A stretch of 32,000 nt of DNA. Source: Candidatus Saccharimonadota bacterium (lineage in GTDB: Archaea > Micrarchaeota > Micrarchaeia > Micrarchaeales > Micrarchaeaceae). The position numbers and the translations under genes are program-made. Below are positions 6,737-16,043 of this stretch, piece after piece (the stretch's first letter is position 1; each line of letters opens with the position of its first letter). The DNA lies in NCBI GenBank assembly GCA_963698035.1, contig OY969114.1:240001-272000 (forward strand), given 5' to 3'. The notes beneath the pieces are model-generated. The model had not been told where the DNA came from and did no database searches. It saw only the letters and a list, made by a program, of their open reading frames with translations.

Positions 6737-9091
6737 ATGGAGGGGGAAACTGAGCATAGCATGCCCGAAGCAGCCGCCGCGCACCCTGAGGCACCGAGCT
6801 CGGCGTCTCACGCCGCACCCCATACAAAGAGGGACTATCCAAAGGCGGTTGTCGATACATTGAGAGCGAAGGTGAAGAGGAAGCACATCATCGCCGCGGT
6901 AATCTACCTTGCGATAGCACTCATCATATTCTATCCTATAACAGCGAACATGTCTACTGTCGCACCGGGCACCGGAGGGGACCTCTATAGCAACATGTGG
7001 GGAATCTGGTGGGCCTCATATACGCTCTTCCAGACGCACGGCAACCTCTGGTATACATATCTTCTGTTCTGGCCGATAGGCAGCAACATCGCATACTTCA
7101 CCTTCGCGCCGATCGCAGCGGTGATAACGGCACCGTTCCAGGCGATAAGCGTAACCTTCGCATATAACGTCATATTTTTCATGGGGTTCCTGATCTCAGG
7201 CCTCGGCATGTTCATACTTGCAGACTACATAACAAAGAACGCGTATGCCGCATTCTTCGCTGGGATTGTCTTCGCGTATAGCGCCTTCCACGTTGCAACT
7301 GCAATCGGGCATCTTGACTGGATGGTAATCGGATGGGTCCCGCTTGCGCTCTACTTCTTCATAAGGATGGTGAAGGACGAGCACAAGTATCTATACGCGA
7401 TAGGACTCGCAGTCTGCATCGTCTTTGCAACCTTCATGGGAGACGTTGAGCAGGGAATCCTCACGGTCGTGCTGCTCTTCATAGTGTTCTTATGCTACCT
7501 GCTCTACTCGTCGACAAGGCGCTTGATGATGAACAAAAGGTTCTGGTTCGCGCTGCTTCTGTGCGTTGTTGCGACATTCATAATAGGCTCGTGGGGCTTC
7601 ATACCTGTAATCCACGGCATACTCGTGCCGGGGGCCGCGGCGAACGTGAACAGCAGGAACACGCTCTCGAACGACGCAGAGTGGAGCTCTCCGATCCTAT
7701 CGTTCTTCCTCCCGAGCCCGTATAACGGGCTCCTCCACAACCTCTCTCTCAGCTATGCGAGCATCTACTCGGTGGACCCGAACGAGAGGATAGCCTACGT
7801 GGGATACGCGGCGATGATACTGGTCGCCATCGGCATAATAAAAAGCTTCAAGGCTGCACGCCTCTGGATAATACTTGCTCTCTTCTTCGGCTGGATGGTT
7901 CTTGGGCCATACATACAGTTGGGGCAGTACATCAGCTCCGGCATACCGGGAATATACTATGCCTACCACTTCATACCAGGATTCAGCGTCCTCCAAGAGC
8001 CAGACCGTTTCTACGTGGCGTTCAGTATAGCTATTGCGATGCTCGCCGCGATCGGGATGAAGTTTCTCATGGAGAGGCTGGCGCGCATGAACGGGAAGAG
8101 CCTCATACAGTTCGGCGCGGTCGCCGCGTTCAGCGCGGTCTTCGTCCTTGAGAGCGCGGGCATAATGACATACGCATTCGCGCCGATTGTGGCAACATAC
8201 GTTACAATCCCGCCGTTCTACCATCTCCTGGCGAACTACAACGAGAACTTCTCGGTCCTGCAGCTGCCTATATTAATAAACAACAACATCCAATACCCAG
8301 ACCTCGCAGCCGGAGAGGCGTCGTTCTACACGAGTGCATCCCACAAGCCCATAGTCGGCGGTTATGGAGGCAGGATAAACCTGACGCAGGAGCTGGAGCT
8401 CTACGTGATTCCGCTTGCTGTAGCCACATCAAATCTGCAGCAGACCGGCAACTTCAGTTATTCCTCTCCAGTGCTTGAGAACTACACCGCGCAGAGCATC
8501 CTCTCGCTCTACGACTACGGCACGGCGTTTGTGGTGATAAACACGCAGGTGCTCAACCTGAGCGAGATAGATGAGCTCGAGCCATACGTGGCGGGCGCGT
8601 TCGGGAACCCGATCTACAAAGACAACAGCACTATAGCGTTCTCGACGAGCGCGGCGATAAACGCCTCTATATTCAGGAGCTACGTGGCATACCCGTCTGT
8701 GACAGACTGGGAGAACTTCGACAGCTTCATAAATGGCACTGTAACCAGCCTCTGGGCACCTATATCGCCCGGGCTGATATCGGTCTTCGCGCCGTACCAG
8801 AATGCGACAGACCTGCAGTATAAGATTTTCTCGTCAACGCCGTATCTGATAAACACTACTGTGAGCTTCTCTGCGGTTGCGGTCGGAGGCAGCAGCACTC
8901 TCCTTGTGGAGTCGCCCACCTCTTCAACGCAGTATGCGACTCTTGCGACCATGCCGCTGACAGGGACGCTGACAAGGTACTCCTTCAACACATCAATGAT
9001 ATCGGGGCCTTACGGCAACCCGCTGCTCTTCGTCAGCGAGGGGAGCGGCACACCCGGCATACTCAACATAACTTTCAGTGAAAGAAGATGA
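6737..9091 (+). CDS. Large polytopic membrane protein with an extracellular sequon-rich C-terminal domain; possible GT-C-type glycosyltransferase
   Basis: 784 aa. After a charged N-terminus there are more than 10 hydrophobic segments. An acidic first-loop motif (TGGDLYSNMWGIWW) recalls GT-C enzymes. The C-terminal ~330 aa are non-hydrophobic and carry 12 N-x-S/T sequons. No WWDYG (AglB) motif was seen. The function is speculative. Confidence 0.4.
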   Translation: MEGETEHSMPEAAAAHPEAPSSASHAAPHTKRDYPKAVVDTLRAKVKRKHIIAAVIYLAIALIIFYPITANMSTVAPGTGGDLYSNMWGIWWASYTLFQTHGNLWYTYLLFWPIGSNIAYFTFAPIAAVITAPFQAISVTFAYNVIFFMGFLISGLGMFILADYITKNAYAAFFAGIVFAYSAFHVATAIGHLDWMVIGWVPLALYFFIRMVKDEHKYLYAIGLAVCIVFATFMGDVEQGILTVVLLFIVFLCYLLYSSTRRLMMNKRFWFALLLCVVATFIIGSWGFIPVIHGILVPGAAANVNSRNTLSNDAEWSSPILSFFLPSPYNGLLHNLSLSYASIYSVDPNERIAYVGYAAMILVAIGIIKSFKAARLWIILALFFGWMVLGPYIQLGQYISSGIPGIYYAYHFIPGFSVLQEPDRFYVAFSIAIAMLAAIGMKFLMERLARMNGKSLIQFGAVAAFSAVFVLESAGIMTYAFAPIVATYVTIPPFYHLLANYNENFSVLQLPILINNNIQYPDLAAGEASFYTSASHKPIVGGYGGRINLTQELELYVIPLAVATSNLQQTGNFSYSSPVLENYTAQSILSLYDYGTAFVVINTQVLNLSEIDELEPYVAGAFGNPIYKDNSTIAFSTSAAINASIFRSYVAYPSVTDWENFDSFINGTVTSLWAPISPGLISVFAPYQNATDLQYKIFSSTPYLINTTVSFSAVAVGGSSTLLVESPTSSTQYATLATMPLTGTLTRYSFNTSMISGPYGNPLLFVSEGSGTPGILNITFSERR

Positions 9092-9744
9092 ACGAACTAA
9101 AGGTGATAATGGACGAGAGGGAGAGGAACCCCATACTAATCACCGGCCTCGAGGAGAATGGCATCGATGTTGAGAGGAGGACGATACCTGTCGGCGATTA
9201 CATAATATCCGACAGGATCTGCATAGAGAGGAAGACCGTATCGGACTTCGAGAGCTCGTTGATGAGTGGCAGGCTGCTCGAGCAGCTGAAGAGGCTGAAG
9301 GAGAGCTACTCCCTTCCGATAATAATTATAGAGGGTGACAGGGAGGACTTCAGGCTGGGCAGGAACGTGATAATAGGGGCGATGGTGACGATCTACGTGG
9401 ATTACGGCATTGAGGCGATACTCTCGGCGAGCGCAGGGGAGACCTCAGATATAATAGCGAGCATCGCGAAGCACGAGCAGGTTGAGAGTAATAGGGAGCC
9501 GACGCTGAAAGGGGGAAGGAGAGCCTACACAACTTTGCACTTCCAGGAGTACATCGTAGGCAACCTGCCGGGCATAGGGCCAAAATTGGCGAGGTCGCTA
9601 CTGAAACACTTCAAGAGCGTCAAGCGCATAGCAAATGCGGACGTGAAGGAGCTCATGGAGGTCGAGAAGATAGGGAAGAAGAAGGCAACGCAGATCCACG
9701 GGGTAATAAACAGCGAGTACGAGGAGCTAATCGAGGAGCGCTAG
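9088..9744 (+). CDS. xpf: XPF/Mus81-family structure-specific endonuclease, short form (ERCC4 nuclease + HhH2, no helicase domain)
   Basis: The ERCC4 motif is VGDYIISDRICIERKTVSDF. The C-terminal tandem helix-hairpin-helix is LPGIGPKLARSLL...VEKIGKKKATQI. Its ATG overlaps the upstream stop (ATGA at 9088-9091). Confidence 0.85.
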   Translation: MNELKVIMDERERNPILITGLEENGIDVERRTIPVGDYIISDRICIERKTVSDFESSLMSGRLLEQLKRLKESYSLPIIIIEGDREDFRLGRNVIIGAMVTIYVDYGIEAILSASAGETSDIIASIAKHEQVESNREPTLKGGRRAYTTLHFQEYIVGNLPGIGPKLARSLLKHFKSVKRIANADVKELMEVEKIGKKKATQIHGVINSEYEELIEER

Positions 9745-10233
9745 CGCCATCTTCTGCAGAACGAAGTCGTCGAGGTCCTCCTTCTGGCTTATTTCGAACC
9801 TCTTTGCAACCTCCAGCGACTTTGTTTGTGTTGGATTGAAATCGCCTTGAATCTTTATTGTGTCTTTCAGTTTGGATAGCGCGGCTTGGCTGCTGGCGAA
9901 GAGGACGAAACTTCTGTTGGACTTGGCGCCCATCATCTTTATTGCATCTCCTATCTGCCTGGTCATCGCGGCGTAGAGCAGCATCTCCACGGCGACGGTC
10001 GATGATACGTTCCTCTTCTCCTTGAAGGCCATTGCCGCATCAGCATACGCCCCGAGAAGATGAACCCTGCTTATTACAGAGTCTGTATTGAATATTTGGA
10101 TTAACCCCGAACCCTTTTTGTTTATGCCAGATATTTCATTTAGTATATCATCAATCTTTGCCGCTGATGATGCCTTCTTTATCGCAAATTCTGATATTTT
10201 TAGGTTTATTCCATTCAAAGCCATAAAAGCCAC
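9727..10233 (-). CDS. cgi121: KEOPS complex subunit Cgi121
   Basis: VAVEMLLYAAMTRQIGDAIKMMGAKSNRSFVLF matches the Cgi121 core (E.L.YaSg.RQI..AI...G). The start is GTG 10233 or ATG 10224. The 3' end overlaps xpf by 18 nt in convergent orientation. Confidence 0.8.
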   Translation of the reverse strand: MAFMALNGINLKISEFAIKKASSAAKIDDILNEISGINKKGSGLIQIFNTDSVISRVHLLGAYADAAMAFKEKRNVSSTVAVEMLLYAAMTRQIGDAIKMMGAKSNRSFVLFASSQAALSKLKDTIKIQGDFNPTQTKSLEVAKRFEISQKEDLDDFVLQKMALALLD

Positions 10234-10335
10234 CGCACTCTATTTTCTTCATTTTTCAAGATAGAGTTTGGTTGTATGCTTTAAAAGAACTTCGTTCTTC
10301 TACAGCTCACGCTGACTCTTATAAAACAAAAAGGT

Positions 10336-10345
10336 GGAGAAGAAG
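10336..10345 (-). repeat. 3' half of the 23S pre-rRNA processing stem
   Basis: Forward GGAGAAGAAG at this position is the exact reverse complement of CTTCTTCTCC at 13215-13224. In the minus-strand transcript the two flank the 23S and can pair. Confidence 0.6.
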
Positions 10346-13214
10346 TTCTGCAAATTAGGCTTTAGTAACGGTATGTTCACAGGTCGCTTGAGCTCCCTGT
10401 TTACGCACCCGTCCTATCAAAGTCGTGTAATTGCGACCGCCCTAGTGTCTCGTTTCGGGTATGGCTTCGTCCTTAGATGCTTTCAGGACTTATCCGTTTG
10501 GCGCGTGGCTACCCGGCAATGCATTCACAACCGGTACACTAGAGGCGCCGATCCCCCGTTCCTCTCGTATTAAGGGGATCTTATCCTCTGACACTAACAC
10601 TCCCAGTAGATACTACCGTACTGTCTCGCGACGTACTGAACTCAGCTCATGTACGTTTTTAATGGACGAGCAGTCCAACCCTTGGCGGCTTCTGCACCGC
10701 CAGGATAACCTAAGCCCATATCGATGTATCAAACCGCCGGGTCGATGTGAACTCTCACCGGCGACGAATCGGTTACCTCCAGAGTAACTTGTTTGACAGC
10801 TTGGAGCCCCATTAAAAGAGGCTACCAACGTTCGTTAAGCCCCTGTTTCCAGTCTGCATCCCACGCTTTTCAGGATACAGTCAGCCCTGCATTTGCCTTT
10901 ATGCTTACCGGTGGGTTCCCAACCCACCTAAGCAGAGCATTGGTCACTTTCGTTTCCTTATCGAAAGCAACCGTCCAGTCTAACTATCCACCTGCAGCTG
11001 TCCCCTTCCGGGTTAGCTGCGAAACAGATTAAGAGTGGTGTTACATTGTCGCTCCACGTGGGCCGAAGCCCACGCTTCGACGCTCCCACTTACGCTATGC
11101 ATAATCCATTACACAACAACAACAGGCTATAGTCAAGTTTCATGGAGACTTCGTTTCCCACTGAGAGATCGCGGCATATTCACCGCGCAGTAAGTTCACC
11201 GGATCCGATGTTGGGACAGTGGGACAGTCGTTACGCCCTTCATGCAAGTCACCTATTAAGTGACGAGGTATTACGCTACCTCAAGAGAGTCAGAGTTACT
11301 CCCGCTCTTTGCCAGCGCTTACTCCCCTTGAAACGGGGTTTCACGTACTGGCGGTGAGCAGGCGTCACCCACTGTACTTAGCTTTACGGCTTTGCGGTGA
11401 GTTGTGTTTTTGATAAACAGTCGCTGTCCCCTTGTCAATGATATCTGCATATACTATACGCAGACATGGCTTATCGAAAACTTACGCCACTAATTTGCCG
11501 ATTTCCCTAACCACGGGTTATTCCGTCACACCTTGGCCTTTTCAGCCAGCAGCACTTGTACTGGATCTAGGTACGGACTAGAATGATCGTTGCAGATTCC
11601 CTTTTCACGGGCTCAGGAATTCAGTCCATTAGTTCATTTAGCTGCTTCTCCTCATAACGAGACTCCGCAGCCATTTGCACTGTCTTGCAGGACCTATCCC
11701 CAAGCGTCAGAAATCCACCTTGTGTTGCCACGCCTACGTGCTAGGTGCAGGAATATTAACATGCTTCCCTTTTGCTGCAAGTGTGATTGGCTTGCAGCTT
11801 AGGATCGACTAACTCTCCGCTGACGAGCATTGCGAAGAAAACCTTGTGCTTCCGGTGTATGGGATTCTCACCCATATATGCTGTTACTAATACCAGGATT
11901 TTCACTGCGGCACGGTCCATGCGTCCTTTCGGACGCACTTCTTGCCGTGCAGCACGCCCTCTTACCCAGTCTTCTCGACTCTAGGGTCTCGGTACCTAGT
12001 TTAGCCCCGTATATCTTCGGACAGATGCATCTCAACCGGTACGCTATTACGCGTTTTTTAAAGGATGGCTGCTTCTGAGCCTACCTCCCGAGCTGTCTGT
12101 GACACATGCCGTCCTTTGATACACTTAACTAGGATTTGGGGACCTTAACCTCGGTCACTATCTTTGCAGTCTCGCGATGCTAGCTTACCCAACATCGCCG
12201 ACTCCCGGGGTCTACGCAGCACATGCATTCGGAGTTTGACAAGTAAGTGGAGCCTTTCGACTCCGTGCCTACTAATCGGTAGCTCTACCGCATATGCAAG
12301 CTCGCCCGGAGCTATCCTAAAGATACTTCAGAGGGGACCCGCTATTGCCGTGTTCGAATGGTATATCGCCGCTACCCGCAACTCACCCAACAGGACATGC
12401 CATGACAGGTTGCGGACCTCCACCAGGCGTTAGCCTAGCTTCGTCCTGGTCACGAGTAGTTCACAACGGCTTCGGGTCGTATAAAAGTGACTTTGGCATT
12501 TTCATACCCTGCGCCTCATATGCTTGCGCGCTCTCGCTTTCGCTTCGGCTTTCGCCTCGCCACTCCCATACACTCCCTGGCTCTTGCTTCAAGAAGAATG
12601 ATAAGACATTGTTCCATGCGCTTCGCATGTGTCCTTTCGGCACTTCTGCTTCAGCGCACTTCATTCCTTCCACGCCTTACCTTCGTGTCACCACCTAGTT
12701 TCAGATCTTTTCAATCCCACGCGTGTGGGTTCTTTTCAGCTTTCGCTCACGCTACTTGTTCGCTATCGGTCTGCAGCCAATATTTAGGGTTGGGGTTTAA
12801 TGCCCCCGTATTCGCTCTGCATATTCAAGCCAGAGTTACTCTATCTGCAGTACAACTCCAACGCATTTCGCCTACGAGGCTGTCACTCTCTATGGCCGTT
12901 CTTTCCAGAACGTTCGGCTCGTGCTCTGGATGTAAACACTGCACCACATCTCCCCCCTGTTGCCAAGGAGGGATTCAGGTTGCCCTGTGCGGCTTTCAAT
13001 CGCTTTACTTGCCGCATCGCATATGCTTTCTTTTCCTGCGGGTACTAAGATATTTCAGTTCCCCGCGTATGCTTGCGCTATTGCTAGCGCACAATTAAGA
13101 AATCCCAGGTTCAAAGCCTGACTTGCGGCTACCCTGGGCTTATCGCAGCTTGCCACGTCCTTCGTCGCTGCTGGAGCCAAGCCATCCCCTAGGTGGCTTA
13201 AATTATAATGCAAG
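10346..13214 (-). rRNA. rrl: 23S (large subunit) ribosomal RNA; ends approximate
   Basis: The reverse complement contains GGGGAUGGCUUGGCUCCAGCAGCGACGAAGGACGUGGCAAGCUGCGAUAAGCC (5' domain). It also contains GAGCUGAGUUCAGUACGUCGCGAGACAGUACGGU, the sarcin-ricin region ..UACGAGAGGAAC.., and CCUGAAAGCAUCUAAGG near the 3' end. The length of about 2.87 kb is normal, so there is no large insertion. All protein ORFs listed inside it are spurious. Confidence 0.93.
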
Positions 13215-13224
13215 CTTCTTCTCC
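13215..13224 (-). repeat. 5' half of the 23S pre-rRNA processing stem
   Basis: CTTCTTCTCC (forward) pairs with 10336-10345 in the transcript. Next to it on both sides lies a self-complementary UGCA flanked by unpaired bases, loosely like a bulge-helix-bulge. Confidence 0.6.
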
Positions 13225-13385
13225 TCAAATCAATCGTCAAGCAGACGATATCACAAATGCTGGCAAGAGATTACGGACTCTATCAAAGTATTTTCATCAA
13301 GCAGAAAAAGCCCTCGAATACAGAAAGGAGCCTATAAGAGCTCAGTTGCCATAATAGCACCGAACCATAATTACGTTGAATAAGG

Positions 13386-13393
13386 TATAAATA
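13386..13393 (-). promoter_or_regulatory. Candidate TATA box for the 23S rRNA transcript
   Basis: The minus strand reads GCTATTTATACC, about 160 nt upstream of the processing stem. There are no other genes between it and the rRNA. Confidence 0.3.
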
Positions 13394-13463
13394 GCTTGCT
13401 ATGCTTTGCGGCGACTGCTCGCAATGCTGCTTCTGAAGGCTTGGAGAGGCAACAATAAACTTA

Positions 13464-13470
13464 TTTATAT
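13464..13470 (+). promoter_or_regulatory. Candidate TATA box for the dCMP deaminase gene
   Basis: ACTTATTTATATG lies about 42 nt upstream of ATG 13512. Confidence 0.3.
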
Positions 13471-13511
13471 GTAATTGAACTAACAACTTAGCAGAGAGGT
13501 TGGGCGGTTGA

Positions 13512-14033
13512 ATGGCAGACGAAAAAAAAGAAAAGTATATCAGGCCAAGCTGGGATGAATATTTTTTGGAGATAAGAAAGGCGGTGGCAAAAAGGGCAAC
13601 GTGCGACAGGGGAAGAAGCGGCTGCGTGATAGCGAAGGACAAACAGGTGCTCTCGACCGGGTATGTGGGAGCGCCGGCTGGGATGCCACACTGCGATGAT
13701 GTTGGACACCTGTTCAAAGATACAATACATGAAGATGGTCACAGGACCAGGCATTGCGTAAGGACAGCCCACGCCGAAATGAACGCTATAACGAATGCGG
13801 CGAAGCGTGGGATATCAATAGATGGTGGCACCATCTACTGTAATATGACACCGTGCAGGACGTGCGCGATGGCGATCGTCAATGGTGGTATAAAGAGAGT
13901 TGTTTGTGAAAGAAGGTACCATGCCGGCGACGACGCTGAGGAGATGTTTGCCGCGACCGGAATAAAGCTGGAGTACATAGAACAAGGCACAGAGGAGTAT
14001 CCAGATACGGAAGGAAAAGAGGAAGATGAATAA
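13512..14033 (+). CDS. Deoxycytidylate (dCMP) deaminase, zinc-dependent CDA fold
   Basis: The zinc-ligand motifs are HAEMNAI and PCRTCAMAI. The N-terminus WDEYFLEIRKAVAKRATC is typical of dCMP deaminase/ComEB. Confidence 0.88.
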   Translation: MADEKKEKYIRPSWDEYFLEIRKAVAKRATCDRGRSGCVIAKDKQVLSTGYVGAPAGMPHCDDVGHLFKDTIHEDGHRTRHCVRTAHAEMNAITNAAKRGISIDGGTIYCNMTPCRTCAMAIVNGGIKRVVCERRYHAGDDAEEMFAATGIKLEYIEQGTEEYPDTEGKEEDE

Positions 14034-14044
14034 AGCAGCTGTTT

Positions 14045-14638
14045 TTATTCTGGCTTAGCAGCGAGCTTTTTAAGCAGTAAGTCTATTCCTTCATAAAGTT
14101 GCTTGAAGGAGCCGTTGTTATCGAGCCTGTGCCCCGCCATCGATATGCATCTGAGCAGCTGCTGCTTTGCGGGGTCATCGCTTCTGAGCTCCTTTTCCTC
14201 CTGTTTCCCAAACTCATCAAAGCTCTGTATATCACCATGTATATTTTGATTCTTTTTCACTCTTGCAATAGTGCGCTCAAAACGCAGTCTCTGATCTGCG
14301 AACACCTCAACTATTATCCCGCCACGGCGCATGAGCTCATCCGCTTCCGATGGATTCCTTATTGAAGTAATCACAACTCTTTTTTCTTTTGGATTCAAAT
14401 TTGCGGCTTCGGCTGCATCGATTGCATTCTTGCACCAGTAATTGAAGCTGTATTTTTGGCGCAACTCGTTGCCCAGCGCGATCATCTCGTTCCTGTCAAG
14501 GTGGTTCCTGCCCCGCCTCTTAAGTTCGTCCCTGATCTCCTGGCCCAGATCCCTATGCACATAGCCGTGATGCTGAACAAGATACCATGCCACAGTATCC
14601 TTTCCTGAGCCGTTTAATCCAACTATACCAATTAGCAT
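14045..14638 (-). CDS. P-loop nucleoside/deoxynucleoside-monophosphate-kinase-like protein
   Basis: The Walker A motif is GLNGSGKDT, directly after the likely start MLIGIV (ATG 14638; the track ORF extends to 14650). The SGKDT form resembles dNMP kinases. The substrate is unknown. Confidence 0.55.
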   Translation of the reverse strand: MLIGIVGLNGSGKDTVAWYLVQHHGYVHRDLGQEIRDELKRRGRNHLDRNEMIALGNELRQKYSFNYWCKNAIDAAEAANLNPKEKRVVITSIRNPSEADELMRRGGIIVEVFADQRLRFERTIARVKKNQNIHGDIQSFDEFGKQEEKELRSDDPAKQQLLRCISMAGHRLDNNGSFKQLYEGIDLLLKKLAAKPE

Positions 14639-14768
14639 ATGAAACCACACTCACTTGAAGCTCCCCATCCATGTATAATAAATACTCTTTTTACCATTGG
14701 CACCATCAGCTATAAAACTATCCAATGATACTTTTAATAGTTTTCCGGGCTAACGCGGGGTGCGATAA

Positions 14769-16001
14769 ATGCTGAGAATGGCCTCCAGCAATGCCGTTGC
14801 TGGCAAGATAAAGGAAAATCCTGACGACTTCGTGGTAGAGGAGATAGCAAAGAATGGGACCATCCTCAAGGTTAACCAGAAGGTGGCTGCGGAGAGCCTC
14901 GGCATGCAGTCATCGCCGGCAGGCAAATTCACGGTTTTTGTGATGCAGAAGAGGGACTGGAATACTATACAGGCCTTGAAGACGCTGGCGAAGAAGGCCG
15001 GCAGGGGCATGAGGTCTGTGGCCTTCGCAGGCACGAAGGACCGGGCATCCGTATCTACCCAACTGTGCAGCATATTCGGGGCGAGCGCCGAAAGGGTCTC
15101 CATGCTGCATGCCAAGGACATAACAATAAACGGGGCGTGGCAGAGCGATGTCGGAATAGAGATGGGCGACCTGCTCGGGAATCGGTTTACGATAACGGTG
15201 AGGGAGACCGACGCAACAGAAGAAGGAATACGCAAAATAACCGAGGAGTTGGATGGAATCTGCCCCAATTACTTCGGCGGGCAGCGGTTTGGCTTCAGAT
15301 CGAACAACGTGAGTGTAGGCCTCTCTATAATAAACGGGAACTTCGAGCAGGCAGCGATAGACTTCCTGACAAACACGTCGAACGAGAGGAACCTTGACTC
15401 AATAGAGGCAAGGGAGAGGCTCGCCAAGGAGCGGGACTTCAAGGCTGCGATGGATTACTTCCCCGGTTATCTGAAATATGAAAAGAGTGTGATAGAATAC
15501 CTTTCGAGGTATCCGACAGACTACGCCAACGCGATAAGAAGGCTGCCGCGGCAGCTTTCCCTGATGTTCGTGCACTCCGTTGAGAGCCAGATATTTAACA
15601 AAGAGGTGGAATCCAGGGCAGCAAGCACCCGCAACGAGGCCCAACCTGACGACATCTTCTGCACGGCAAATCCCTTCGGGTTCCCGGATATGTCGACTAT
15701 AAAGAGCACAAAAGATGCAACGCCTGAAGGAAGGCACTTTCTTGTGGGCAACATAATAGGCTACGAAAGCAAGGAGATAAACGAGAATGAGAAATTGATA
15801 ATGGAGGAATTGGGGATAACGAAGGAGATGTTCAAGATAGGGAGGATGCCGGAGCTGGGCTGCAGGGGCGACTACCGGGCATTGTTCGCGCCATTCGTAG
15901 ATTTCTCAAGCAAGATAGAGGACAAAAACGCTGTGCTTTCCTTCTCATTGCCTTCCGGGTCGTATGCCACCGTGCTGCTCAACGAGTTCGTGAAGGATTG
16001 A
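14769..16001 (+). CDS. truD: tRNA pseudouridine synthase TruD/Pus7 family
   Basis: The catalytic-Asp motif is FAGTKDRASVSTQ. N-terminal PDDFVVEEI and NYFGGQRFG are TruD hallmarks. The A/T box CTTTTAATAG lies about 30 nt upstream. Confidence 0.88.
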   Translation: MLRMASSNAVAGKIKENPDDFVVEEIAKNGTILKVNQKVAAESLGMQSSPAGKFTVFVMQKRDWNTIQALKTLAKKAGRGMRSVAFAGTKDRASVSTQLCSIFGASAERVSMLHAKDITINGAWQSDVGIEMGDLLGNRFTITVRETDATEEGIRKITEELDGICPNYFGGQRFGFRSNNVSVGLSIINGNFEQAAIDFLTNTSNERNLDSIEARERLAKERDFKAAMDYFPGYLKYEKSVIEYLSRYPTDYANAIRRLPRQLSLMFVHSVESQIFNKEVESRAASTRNEAQPDDIFCTANPFGFPDMSTIKSTKDATPEGRHFLVGNIIGYESKEINENEKLIMEELGITKEMFKIGRMPELGCRGDYRALFAPFVDFSSKIEDKNAVLSFSLPSGSYATVLLNEFVKD

Positions 16002-16043
16002 TGATGCCGTGCATAGAGCGGTACATCTGCCAGCAAAATCTTA

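Noticed and set aside
10334-13383. About 20 short ORFs on both strands, such as 12487..13098 and 12345..12698
   Set aside because: They lie entirely within, or overlap, the 23S rRNA gene. The translations are low-complexity and rich in Ser, Pro, Arg and Cys, which is typical of spurious ORFs in rRNA.
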